DNA from: Syncephalis fuscata S228
Lineage: Eukaryota; Fungi; Zoopagomycota
NCBI GenBank assembly: GCA_025786725.1
Contig: JAHLTZ010000019.1
Span: forward strand, 310,001 to 374,000
DNA: 64,000 nt
Direction of reading: 5' to 3'
The position numbers and the translations under genes are program-made. Every line of letters begins with the position of its first letter. Position 1 is the stretch's first letter. Shown here in pieces: positions 21,955 to 34,358 of this stretch. Under the pieces are notes generated by a model. That model saw only the letters and a program-made list of their open reading frames with translations, searched no databases and had not been told where the DNA came from.

Positions 21955-23620
21955 ATTATATGAGAAAATTTAAAACAATTTTGAAAATACACCGTTTTAA
22001 ATTTTAATTAGAAAAATACATTGTTTCTAAATTTATTATAATAAATTATTTTTTATTTACCCCCACTTCGTTTTTTTGTAATGGCGTTCACCACAAATTA
22101 AACATTCTTTAATAACACGCTTTCTTTTTTTGATAGCCGTTTCACTAGTAGTTTGTATTTGTTCTTCAATAAAATGCTTGTTTTATGTTACTAATACTAG
22201 TATTTACAGAGCATGTTCTTGTATTGTGTCCTTTTGAGCTACAATTGTGACAAGCATATTGCTGAGAGGCTTCCAAAGCTTCACCACAAGATCTAATTCT
22301 TTTAACTTTTGGTCTACCGCTTTCTTCGTTATTTTCGGTGGCAAACACAAATTCTGCAGTAATTGATTGCATTTCAACCAGACAAATTCTGGAGCATATC
22401 ATTTGTTTAAATAATCAATGGTGTAAGATTTATCAATAAAATCATTTAATAAAAGCTTAAGATTCTTCAAAATTATTGCCACATGACTACAAACAAACTT
22501 CATCTCTTCCCAGTATCCACATGTGCAGATTTTTTAGTTAAATCTACTGTTCTGACAATACCAGACTTAATATCTTTAACTTGAAATTTGGTATCAGAAT
22601 AATCGTCAACTATATAATTATTGGCGTCAGTTAATGTTGATTTATACAATAAATAGATATTATTAAATAACAATTCTTGAGCTTGTGAATACTTAATTCA
22701 GGTATTGAATTTAGTAAATGTTTAAGAAAATAGACCCAGTTGTTTTTATTTCATGAAATACTATAGCAACAGTCAAAGGTAAAATATTGTTATTTTCATT
22801 TTGAACAACTGCAGTAAGAGCAGTGCCATTATAAGAAGACCTTAAATGGCAACCATTAATCAGCAGTACTTTACGAGTATACTGGTAAGCTTTAATAGCT
22901 GATGAAGGACATAAAAATAGCCTTTCAAAGTTACCAGACTGGTTTTGCGAGAAGTGCTGAACAGAGCCAGGATTAAAATATTCGAATTTGATAAGGTAAT
23001 TTTTAATAAATAAAAATAGCAAATATAATTGTTAGTGCATATTAAATAATTAAATATGTACTTAATACTTTCACTTGTGCATTTTTTAATTTCATATTTG
23101 AAAATTTAGCAACATCATTCGTAATATATTTAGCAATAGACTTAATAGTGCCATTACCAGAATTATATGGACAGTCATTAAAATGTTCAAGATTGCATTG
23201 AACAATCTTTACTAAGCCAGTTTTCTGCTTCTGGCAGTCAAAACAAACTGGCATTTGTTGCTGGAACGGTCTTCATGAGGGCAAATAAGCTGTAATCTTG
23301 TTAAACCACTATTTTTCCTCTTAAAATTGCAATCGTTAACAAGCTTAAACTCGTCAACGGCAATTCTCAGTTTTTTAATACTATTAAATATAGCTTTTTA
23401 AAATAGTTTGGTAGACATTGCAATAGGTTTTTCAAAACGGCGTATCTCGATAAATAAAAGCAAAGAACGATTTATTTTTATTTATTAAATTTATTATAAT
23501 AAATTTAAAAAAAAGAATTTATTATGGTAAAGTCTAAAAACAATGTATTTTATAAAAATAGGAAAGAAACTAAATTTAAAAGTGTATTTTTCAAAAATTC
23601 CCAAATTTTAACCATTTTCG
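21955..23620 (-). mobile_element. Degenerate, internally deleted Mutator-like (MULE) transposon with TIRs
   Basis: Minus-strand fragments: MuDR-like N-terminus; FERLFLCP...VLLINGCHLRSSYNGTALTAVVQNENNNILPLTVAIV (MULE DDE start); SWIM CTCGYWEEMKFVCSH; GRPKVKRI..CHNCSSKGHNTRTC zinc knuckle. Inverted ends (ttttgaaaatacac..ttttaaattt...aaatacattgttt.ta) at ~21960-22050 and ~23510-23620. Confidence 0.88.
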
Positions 23621-23887
23621 GCATGGGAACTTGCACTGACTGGCTTCGCTATGCCGAAGTTACCACGCCATTAATATATTTGTATAATATTTCCACACAT
23701 ATTAAATAAAAAGGGATATCTTTTTAAAGTCGAGTTTTATTGTGTCAATTATCGAAAGTTATTTTGTGTCATCTAGCTAGACAAGTTCAAATACTTGTAG
23801 AGATTGACCAACATACTGACCTTCTGAGTAGAAAAGTCGTCCACTGATTCAGTAATAAAGTGCGTACTCACGAAAGACCATACTGTG

Positions 23888-24261
23888 ATGGCTAGTCAGC
23901 CAGAAGCCGTAGTACCTATAGCTAGTACTGATGAAGCCCCTCCACAACTGGAGCCCAATGCGGGGGTTTTTAGACAGTATATTCGGCCCGTAGAGCCGCC
24001 GAGACGATATAAAAGTGCTGTATTGTAAATTTCATATCTCACTACGATATGTATGCCAAATACATGGACTGGCAAACGAAGAGACCATCCGGTTCCTGCT
24101 CAATTACACATGCGGAGACGTGGCGCACATAGTCATGCCAGCCCAGAAGGAAAGAGTGGCAATTGGCCAGCGTTGAAAGCTGCACTCATTAAGCTTATGG
24201 TAAGAAGCCGAAGAAGTTATCCGAAGAACGAGTAGCCGCTCTGCTAAAGGTGATTCAATGA
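23888..24261 (+). pseudogene. Retrotransposon gag-like remnant (several frameshifts)
   Basis: Stitched frames read PPRRYKS..FISHYDMYAKIHGLANEETIRFLLNYTCGDVAHIV...GNWPALKAALIKAYGK, the F..Y...L..Y..G...W..LK..L...YG pattern of Ty3/Gypsy capsid N-domains. Confidence 0.55.
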
Positions 24262-24604
24262 GCAAATGTTTATAAGACTATAATTAAAACCCAGTAGACT
24301 ATTAAAAAATAATGATAAGATAATATACAGTGATATAGAAAAGTCAAATGGAAAAATATAACATGCTGATAATATACAACCAGCTAGACCATCATATGAT
24401 TGTATAGCTATATGAGTAATTACACAGTTGTATTGTCAACCAGTCATTTTAATTCTTGTACAAGTCAATATACAGCTATATGTCCAACTATAAATCTATA
24501 TAGATATACGAATAAATAAACAAAAAGCTATAAGACAATATAATGTGGTATAAGACTGTATATACCACACCATAACTAATTTCATTTACTAACAACTGAT
24601 TATT

Positions 24605-24735
24605 GCTTAGTGTGATTTGAGGGTCAAACAACTACAATTAATAACATCCAATTTATTGAACATGATGATGAGTGGTGAGTGACATCAATCATCAAATACT
24701 CATCATTGTAGATTCATTATCCAGTATGTATTTTT
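24605..24735. repeat. Copy of repeat family A
   Basis: gtgattttgagggtcaaacaact..ataacatccaatttattgaacatgatg..gtggtgagtgacatcaatcatcaaatactcatcattgtagattcattatccagtatg; same orientation as 20985-21180. Confidence 0.7.
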
Positions 24736-27700
24736 TTATTATATTTTTGCCATACTCTATAATTTACTTTATGTTTTATGATACGCAAACATATTAAGTA
24801 GACTGGCTTTTATTTTTTTAAATACATCCGCTATTATATTGAGCCTATATTATATAATGATAAATATTTTTGAATTTAAATGACTTTTATTATATTTAAT
24901 TAATTTTTTAATATACTGAATATATGTTCTATGATAATGAGTAGTTTTGGTGGTAAAATGACTTTATTCTCAATGCTTTATTCATTTACTATTATATGTT
25001 CTATAATGTACCGACATGTTGGGTAGATTGACTTTTATTATTTACACTCCATTTATTAATAAATTAGCTTGGCTGTTTATAAATATTGACTGACAGGCTC
25101 ACAGCTCACAATCTACGTCATCACATTTCCCTTTCTCTTTCTTTACACTTGACAACATGTATACATTGTATATACTTGTACACTCCATATATGCTAACTA
25201 GATAGTGTTAGTAGTTGACTGACTACTAGTCAAGTACAAACACTATTTACACTATGTCCTTGCATTGCTATTTTATAATCTGACCTTTTTTACAAATCAC
25301 TTTCATTACTCCGCTCAATAATGGCACTTTTACTGACATAGTAAGTGCACTCTTAACCTTTTGTTATGTTATGTTAAATATATTATGTAAAATATCGTTG
25401 TATGCTTTAATTTTGCCATAAACTGTTATTGTAAGTCAGCTGGCAGCAGTTCTACAATTTCAATAGCAATAGTTCAATCTACACTTTGAGACTGTATAAG
25501 CTGTTACAACACGAAATATAATAGCGATCTATAGTAAAACAAAGTATATAGTGATTATGGTGGCTATATCTCTGCCGATTGTCTCTTTATTCTCTTCCAC
25601 TGCTTGAACAATCTCACTCATCAGTACTTTTCTGTATGTGGCTAGTGAAGACTTTATGGTGCTGAATTGGCCTTTTTGATATTGCACTATTTGTCCTGAA
25701 TCAATACTTGACTAGTTTTGGTTAAGCATTCTTGATTATATACTCGACCAGTTTACGGTTTAAACGCGTGTCATTTATCAAGTTTGTATGTAAATGTTAC
25801 TACCGTTTATTGAATATGCTATGGTTTCTGCAAACGTACATGATGTTATGGAATAGCCGTATGCGTTCTCATATTGATATATTTATTTTACTATACATAT
25901 GCTTTATATATTTATATTGGAAAAAGATTATAAGTATATCTCTTTTGTTTTATTAGAATGTAAAGTGCTATAAATACAAATAAATATCAAATAAAGTATA
26001 GATATTAATGACAAAGCATAGTATGTATATGTGCATATGTTAAATAAACCAGATTAATCTACAAGTAATATAACTACATATAAAAATACGTTTATTGATA
26101 AAAGTAGTTAATAGAACATGAAATGGATGAATAAACAAAAGAATATACAACCTAGTAAACACAATAATTGAGTAAATTAAATATATAATAAATATAGCTA
26201 GTGATAATAGATAGATGATAAACAATGTGTAATAATAGACAATACAATGATATGCAATGGGAGGATGAATAAAATAAAGTTAGAAATAAGAATACAAGAT
26301 AAAAAATATTGTTATAATAGATAGAGTAGATGGCATAACAATTATATTTATTGATTGGCTATATTGTTTGTATGTATTTACAGCTGCACATATTGATTCA
26401 TTATTATGGTTATATGAATTGTATATAACGAGATAGCTATACTGTTTAATAAATAACTGCATGCTTTTATATGGCTATTTAGAATTAAATAATAGATTAT
26501 CTAAACATAGTATTGCTTTAGTTGGTAGATAAATAACAATTACATTTACATAATAATGATATATATATATCAATCAACTCTAGAATAGTTTACATAGATC
26601 CTAATAAATGGTGGTCTGTTGATGCTGCTACGAATAAGCAAATGTTTGTTAGTTTATACAATCAAGTAAGCAAACACATTAAAATAAAACAATCACGAAT
26701 AAGCAGTGATTTAATATCAATGAAAGCAGTGGCAACTTGCAAAATAGTTAATGAATGGTTATAAGCAAGTCAGTTGCTCAATAGACAATTAAGAGTAGAA
26801 AAGCACAGTACGTAAACTGTTTAAGATGGGGCATAGTCGTAGGTCGACACGTGAAACTGAACTCGCTGTATCGCTTGCCTGGTCGTTGTCATGTAATGGC
26901 GTGCGCGATCTGCCAACAAATGAGCCCAGTAAACAGATGGAACAAGACTGACACTACGAGAACAGCGTGAATATGTTAGCTTACACGATTTGTCATGCCT
27001 TGCACAGCACCCGGTTCTATACTGCTTTATCGTAAAAAAATTGCTGAATTTATATTGTATTATAATATTTATACTCTAAATATGATTCATAATGCTTTTA
27101 TTGACTAATTGGATAAGTATATATCACATTTTTATTTACCAGTATGTCTGAGATTAAGAGTCTTTTTTCATTTGTAGAATAAAAAATATTCTGTATTTTA
27201 TCGCAACAATATCAAGTAGTATGTCTTGATAAATTGGTCAACGCCATTCATCTAATGATCAACACTATGCTTTTTAACTATATAAATAAATTATTTTAGT
27301 CTTATAATCTCTAAGAAAGAATGACAAAATTGTAATAATATATTTATATCATCCAATTCAAGTCAATGTAAACGATGATTATGCCATGACGTAATTTGAT
27401 ACTGTATACATTACCTATATATTCAAGGATATATTTATGGTTTTAATTAAATCTAACTGATTGCTGCTCTAGAACTTTTATATTATTTTATTTATGCTTC
27501 TATTACAACAGATAAATATACTATATATTAATCTATTATGAACTGTTACATCACCATGTTATTACTGTACAAATGAAATACGAGTAATACTAGGTCATAC
27601 TGCGTTGCAACTCATCCAGTAATGTTACTGCTACAAGCTGTTACTTTATGTATCCCGCTAACGGCGTTGTTTAGTAGCTTATTATTTAAAATTATACTAG

Positions 27701-28223
27701 AATTAATTTTATTATGATATTATTAAATTTACCTAATATCTTGCACTCAATCAATAATGCTAATATTATTGAATATAACTAAGTATAATCTAGTCAAAAT
27801 ATTAATAACTCTTATAGTCAATTAGGCATGATACTTTCTAATTACAAAAATCATATTAAACACAACGCTGATTAAATAATGATAATAAGACAACATGGCA
27901 ATTAAGCCATCTTAGGTTTAAATTAACACCAACATAATCAAGAAGGTGAGGTAATGATCCATTGCTTATATAAATTAAAGTACAATAATAATAAACACTT
28001 TTAAACACAATTATAAGTAATAAAACTGTATACGCATTGTTGCGGGATTTTCATTTCACCAATTACGGCTTTATGCGTTTGCCGCAAAACATTGCAAAAT
28101 GACCAAAAAATGCAACGGCCAAGTAGAATCGGCCAATAACACCAATAGCCATGCTGCTCATACAAATCGACAAACCAACAGCTAGTTGCTGCCACGTCTG
28201 CCATATGCATTCGCAGTTGTTGT

Positions 28224-29353
28224 TTAGTGGCCCAAAGCGGCCAACGACTCGGTGGTGGACTTGAGTGCGTCTTGTTTGGCGGCAACAGCGCGAGTGCGAA
28301 GGCGCTTGAGTGCCTTGACGCGTTCGTGGTAGGCCTGGCTGCGGACCATACGCTTGTCCTCGAGCTTCTTGACAACCTCTTCGTACTTCCAGCCAACTTC
28401 GCGAGCAAGGCGAGACAAGGTGCAGTACTTGCGACCTGGCTGCAGACGGACGACGCGTAGAGCAGCTGGGACAACAACACGCTTGACGGTGTCATATGGA
28501 GGTGGGACACCTTCAAAGACCTTAAGGCGGTTCAAAGCAGCAGCACCACGGGCAGTCTTGTGTGGGACCATACCGCGGACGGTACGGAAGAAGATGCGTG
28601 ATGGGGCGCGGAAATGGAATGGACCACGGTTAGGATTGACAATGCAACGCTTGCGCAAGAAGGCGTGGTACTTGACTATATATAAATAATAATAATAAAC
28701 ACAGCATGATTAGCAAGTCATCATAATTGATTGGCCAATAATCTATTGCAGCACATCATTATTGATCCTATATGCCGCATTACATAAATACAAGTCGTAG
28801 CATTAATAGATCTCTAGCAACTAGACAAGCTATAAATGCTTGATTGCTTTTCTATTCATTCGACTCATTATTACATCCGCTAATACTTACGCTTGTTGCG
28901 GAAGAAGGATCCAGACATCTGGATGTCCTCGCAGCGGACAAGAACGACACGCTGGCCGCTCAAGATCTGCTTGGCAACAGTGCTGGCCAAACGACCGAGC
29001 AAATGGCCCTTGGCATCAATGACAACTACCTAGTTTGTTCAATCATAATTAATATTAGTTACGCTGTAGTTGTTTTCAAGTGATATTCTTCCAAAATCCA
29101 GACATCTTCAAGCAGCAGCGCAAATAACACCGCCGTCGACTGCCGTTACATGCTACCGCAAGCCAGGCTGCAAAATCCAGAATCATTTCACCAGTAGTTA
29201 TAGAATGCTACTTAAAGCTTTATGATCCAATATTGCGCCGGCGTTGATTGCAGCGCATACCGACCGACCAGTGCATCTTCTTGCGCCGATCTAACGGGCC
29301 GTGATCCAGATAGAATCGCTTTGATCAATACCTACCTTTTCGAAAGTGGTCAT
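28224..29353 (-). CDS. RPL16: 60S ribosomal protein uL13 (L16/L13a), 3 exons, 202 aa
   Basis: Exons 29353-29336 (MTTFEK), 29029-28891 ([16 protein letters not shown]...FFRNK) and 28675-28224 ([29 protein letters not shown]...). Confidence 0.97.
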
Positions 29354-30086
29354 GGCTAGACAGGTTCCTTGCTGCTGCGAGTTGAAAACCGTAGCAATGA
29401 GGCAAAAGGGAAAGAGGAGGAGGAAAAAAGTGGTGCGCGAGCGGAACCAAAGTGACTAGGGTATACGCGACACAGCTCGCCATAGTGATAGATTCTGTGT
29501 GGCGTGTACACACAAATGTAAAGCAATTTTCTTTTTTCTTAACTTTTAATTAACTTTTCTATTGCATCTGTTAAACAGAGTAATGAGAATAGCTGCAAAT
29601 TTTTTTACAATTCCAAACTGATAGTTTATCTTTGACAGTTTTCCTTTACTTGTCAACAGGGGTTGATGACCAATGAACCAATAGGCTTATTACTTTGTAT
29701 TCGCTCACTGATAGACAACTGTTATTATTCGCCGTCATTTAATGGTAAATAGAGCTGCAGTATTATGTCGGTGGTCACTTTTGGTGCCACTGTTACTATG
29801 ATAGCGACGTGGCTATATTACTGTTGCTGCTGCTGCTGCTGCTACTATTGTTACTATTAGGTTACAGTCATTGGTCATTAAGCACTATGTAACATGGCAA
29901 TCATTGTTGCTTATAATGGCTCTGTTTTGGTTACGGCTGTAACTAGAATAATAAACTTTTAATGCGTTGAATACTACCTTGGACTCCTATTATTACCATT
30001 GTTGTTGCTACTACTACTACTCTATTATACTTTCTCTCAGTGCTATCAGTAAATCTAATTGTTGTTTTCTATCTAGTTGACTATCC

Positions 30087-30401
30087 ATGTTGTCCAGTCT
30101 TTGGAATTGGCTAACTGACCTGGCAGTTGCGCTACTGTCAACAATACTGGCGCTAGGCGCTCTTTGCCTTATCATTCTTATAGGTAAGCCATAGATTGGA
30201 ATGCAAATGGAATCATCTGAACGCTGTGTCTGTGTAGCCTGGCTAGTAGTCTGGCGTCTATTCCTACGCCATATTCCAGCCTGTCGTGAATTTGTAGCTA
30301 TGCTATTGCCACAAGCAATTGCACCATCGACCAATACTGATACACGAACGACAACGCCTAAAAGACGTCCGCTATCTCCAGCCTCTACCAATGCCATGTA
30401 G
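30087..30401 (+). CDS. Small integral membrane protein, SMIM13/DUF4750-like
   Basis: Spliced (intron ~30184-30237): MLSSLWNWLTDLAVALLSTILALGALCLIILIAWLVVWRLFLRHIPACREFVAMLL...; the W..VW.LFL......RE.V motif is as in SMIM13. Confidence 0.6.
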
Positions 30402-31055
30402 ATACTATGTACTAGAACATAGTCAGCATTGGGCCTTAATTGTTTACAAGCTCTCGTATTAGTAGTATATCTTATGTTTATACGATTTGTTAATAAGCAG
30501 CAGTATCGGTACCGGTATCATATAGCACTATGGTACTTTTCATAAAGAAACATTAAATACAGCCAATTAAAGCAAATGCTTCTTCTAATCGCTTAAATGA
30601 CAAGATGCATGGTTATTTTAGTAAAGACTTGGTTGTTTAAAGCATTATTAATATACCAATCTATTAACAGAATAAATCAATGTAACATACTCGATCGACT
30701 ATATCGTTAATAAATTATTGATTTTATTACATTTAATTATAATTACTTTTTAATAGCTAAATGTATAATCATATAATAATAATAATAATAATAATAATAA
30801 AGTCAATGAATACCAATGGTTACGCGTGTCATATAATTTTCATCTACTTTCCTCTATTTTGCCAATCACTTTGTAGTAAAATACAACAAAAGCAAGCTCG
30901 TTTCACTTTTTGTTTTTTATTTTCAAGTGAAATACGCTATTGGCACTATTATTGTACAGCATTTACTGTGATAGTGCTTACTTTAATTGGTAGTTTCTAT
31001 CTGTTGCAGAAAAGAAAGTGGATAGTCTTTTCTTTACTATTTTACATCTACAATT

Positions 31056-32567
31056 ATGTTTAGGACTGATTCAAACAACTATCAAAAAGTCGGTGGTAAT
31101 CGATTCTTCTTTAACGCAGGCACAGATGACTCTGCGGAACACATACGTCGCTCGTCCAATGCTTGGGCGTCTTCACCAACGACTGGTCAGACCGGTGAAC
31201 CTACACCGACAACAGCAACTGGTCCGTCTACAGAAGCCTCGCGAAGACTAATGTCGCCGAATGCTTCAATGATGGATACGTCCTTGCGTATGGGCGATTT
31301 ATTACAATCTCCAAGCGGTAACAATACCAGTCGTACCTATATGCTATCGCCTGGTATAGGTCTTGCAAAAGCTGGCGGTGTTGGCGGAATACGTGGCGTG
31401 GAAGGAGACGCCATGGCCAGCTATACCAATCCACTACCCGGTGGATTTGGTGCGGGTGCTGCTCCTCACCATGACCGTGCTGTCGGCGGCAACGATGAAG
31501 AGGATTGTTATCTGCCTACTTATCTGCTTGGTGTAAATGCAGCGGCTCCAAATGAGCAGTATGCGGCTCCATTAGAACCAGAAACACCATGGAACTTTCA
31601 GGGAAATGGTATGGCAGCTGCACCCGGTAAACTATTCACTCCATTTGCAGGCTATCGTGCACCATTGAATGCCTATGATGCAGACGACGATGCACCGCCA
31701 CAGACTTCCCTGCTAGATTTAACCAATGACGACCAGCCAATTCCTCCATCCTACATACCTGCTCGTCAGAGAGTAAGTAATGCATCAGGCGTCTACACAT
31801 TTGAATGGTCTATTAACAATTTGATATTTAGGATACTACAAGCAGTTTTGCATTCGGTAGTACGACGAATGGAAGAAACGCCAGTAAGCTACAATACAAT
31901 AATGGCATATTTATTAACTATTAATTAAATACAGATTTAAGAGATTTATCAACACAGGATTTAACGGAAAGCATGGTTTTCGGTGCATCCATCAATAATA
32001 GTAACAACACAAACAATGGTATTGATGATCCAGCATTGGCTGAGGCTCGGTAAGTAGTAACTATATAGACTCAGCATGACAGTATTAGTTAACAGGCATA
32101 TAATTAGCAATGAAACACCCATGTCTGTTACAGTGTTTGGATTTCCACCATCGGCTGCATCCAGCATACTTTCACGGTTCCGCGATCTGGGTGATGTCAT
32201 TGGATTTAAACCACCCACTCAAGGTGCCAATCATTTTACAATTACGTATCGTACACGACTACACGCCCAACGTGCCATTTCTCTTAATGGCACTCTTGTT
32301 GAAGATTGGATGATTGGTGTGATGGAGGTTCCGCTAGATAATCACGTTGACTTGCAACGATCAACAATGGGCAAATCAATACGGGAAACACCAGCAACGG
32401 CCAATACAGGCGAGAACGTTTTTCGTGTACAAAAAGCCAGATTGCAAGAGGCACCGCTACTTACTTCGCCAGTATCTGCATCGGGCACACTGACATCGTC
32501 AGTACGTCCATCTGGTGCAAGTGATAATCTTTATCATAATCTGTTGGATATAATTTTCCAATGGTAG
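31056..32567 (+). CDS. NUP53: Nucleoporin Nup53/Nup35/Nup40 (MPPN-type RRM), multi-exon
   Basis: YLPTYLLG motif; DDAPPQTSLLD; SVTVFGFPP...F...G.V...GANHFTITY..RLHAQRAISLNG...WMIGV RRM; amphipathic C-terminus LLDIIFQW*. Confidence 0.9.
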
Positions 32568-33083
32568 TTTTTATTCATTAATAAAGTGTATTTGGTTGTC
32601 CGTTGCTCTGTGTCTACGTGTAAGCTGTGAAAGCTACTGATTAATAAATACTATGTTTATTTAATTTATTGGCTAGATCTGTAATATTATACATGCTGTT
32701 TATATTATTACGCTTGTGAATGTTAAAATATGCCTTGTGTTTGTTTGTTTGTTTGATATGTCATGCGTTAATATGATGCTTTTTGGTATAATATATACAG
32801 GACGTAATGCTTTTTTTTAATTATAAGTTTTGTGCTGGATCAGAATGTGTAGTAAACGTGTTACGTTACACGGTATTGTTTGTTACACTATATTTAAATA
32901 TTACTTGTAAAGCAGCTCAAGCACTAGCAGACTAGCTATAGTATTGAATACTTTTATGTTAGTATTTGATCAGCTATTCTGCAACCGTTTATATAACAAT
33001 GTGTATAATGATTTATCATTCAAAGTTAAATGAATAAATACATACAGCTAACTACAATTCTAATTTATTTCTTAAATTCAACA

Positions 33084-34358
33084 CTAATTTACGTAACGAA
33101 ACATAGGATTTTGCCAATTTTGATTGAGGTATTCCTGAGGAGTGGGTCGGTTTTTCTCTTTGTAGGCCATTAACTTGGCTACTTCGGCTATTAGATTCTG
33201 CATTGTTTTTCTAGTTGCTGGATCCATCTTGAATGTTTTTGTTATACTCAGATATTTTAAAAAAAGTCGAGGACTCATATAAAAACGAACCAAGTTGCTT
33301 GGTGTCAGTAGATTTTTGCTGAATAATAGTCCATAGAAAGTAGCACCAATTGCCCAAACATCTTTTTTCATTGGGTTGTATTTCTTGCCTTTCAGACACT
33401 CTGATTGGAAATGCTTGGATGTGCCGATACAGTACGAGACCAAAGTTACTAAATTGGGCGCTGTATACGATAAAAATCTTGCAAATTTGTAATCAATCAG
33501 TACAACCTTGGGCGTTGCAGGATTGGAAGAATCAATTAAAACATCTGTAAGTAAAGACGTTAGCATGGATATACTGATAAAAAATTATTAACTTACTTTC
33601 AATTTTAATGTCATTATGGACTAGAAGAGCACGATGCATGTAGGCAACAGCTTAATAAAGAATAGTGTTAAACAATGCTACGTGTTTATAAATACAATGG
33701 ACTTACCTCGCACAAGCTGGAAAAAAATACTTGGTAGCACCTCAGCTTTTCTCCACTCTGGTAGCCTCTTTGCGTATTGTTCAATATTTTCATCAGAGCC
33801 ATAAGACAGCACAAAACAATAATGAGTTTTGTACGCAAATTCGTGGTACCTAGTCATAAGGAACTGTCGACCATCCGCATTTGAACCTCTCAGATTAAGC
33901 ATTGCTCTGTCTAAAGTCTATAGGGCAACAATCAACGGTTGGTTGTCGCGAACTAATAACACTAATATTACCTACCTTAAAATTTCTTTTTAAAGAGTCT
34001 ACAGCAGTGTAAAGAGTGTTATCTCTACCATCAGATGTTTTACACTCAAAGCATTTTGTAACGGATAGCATGCCTCTATAATATGATGTGGCGGTGTTAT
34101 GAAGATTCTTGGATACTATAACTCGGTTGATTATAAGCGTTTTTTGGTCAAAGGCGTTGATTTTTCCTAAAGGCTGGCCAAGAAAAGTAACTGGTCTGCC
34201 ATTATCTACAAATTGTTTAATTGGCATTCTATGCTATGTTTATACAACTTACTTTGTGGATTTTGCGCAAATGATGCTACCTTTGTGGTAGAGAATGCAA
34301 TCAAAATAAAAATGTATACACTTAGTGTGATGTCCAGGAAATGATGATAGTTAGCCAT
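33084..34358 (-). CDS. Signal-peptide-bearing Ser/Thr protein kinase-like protein (multi-exon)
   Basis: N-terminal hydrophobic ITLSVYIFILIAFSTTKVASFA; SVTKC (beta3 Lys); AVAYMHRALLVHNDIKIENVLID (catalytic loop, spliced); VVLIDYKFA (DFG equivalent); IGT..., DVWAIG and NRPT. One apparent 1-nt shift near 34228. Confidence 0.8.

Noticed and set aside
26800-27030. GC-richer patch as a possible snRNA or other ncRNA
   Set aside because: No U1/U2/U4/U5/U6, 5S or tRNA signature recognised.
29655-29720. TGATGA...CTGA with a short terminal stem (possible C/D snoRNA)
   Set aside because: Only ~48 nt from box C to box D, and no rRNA-complementary guide that I can identify.
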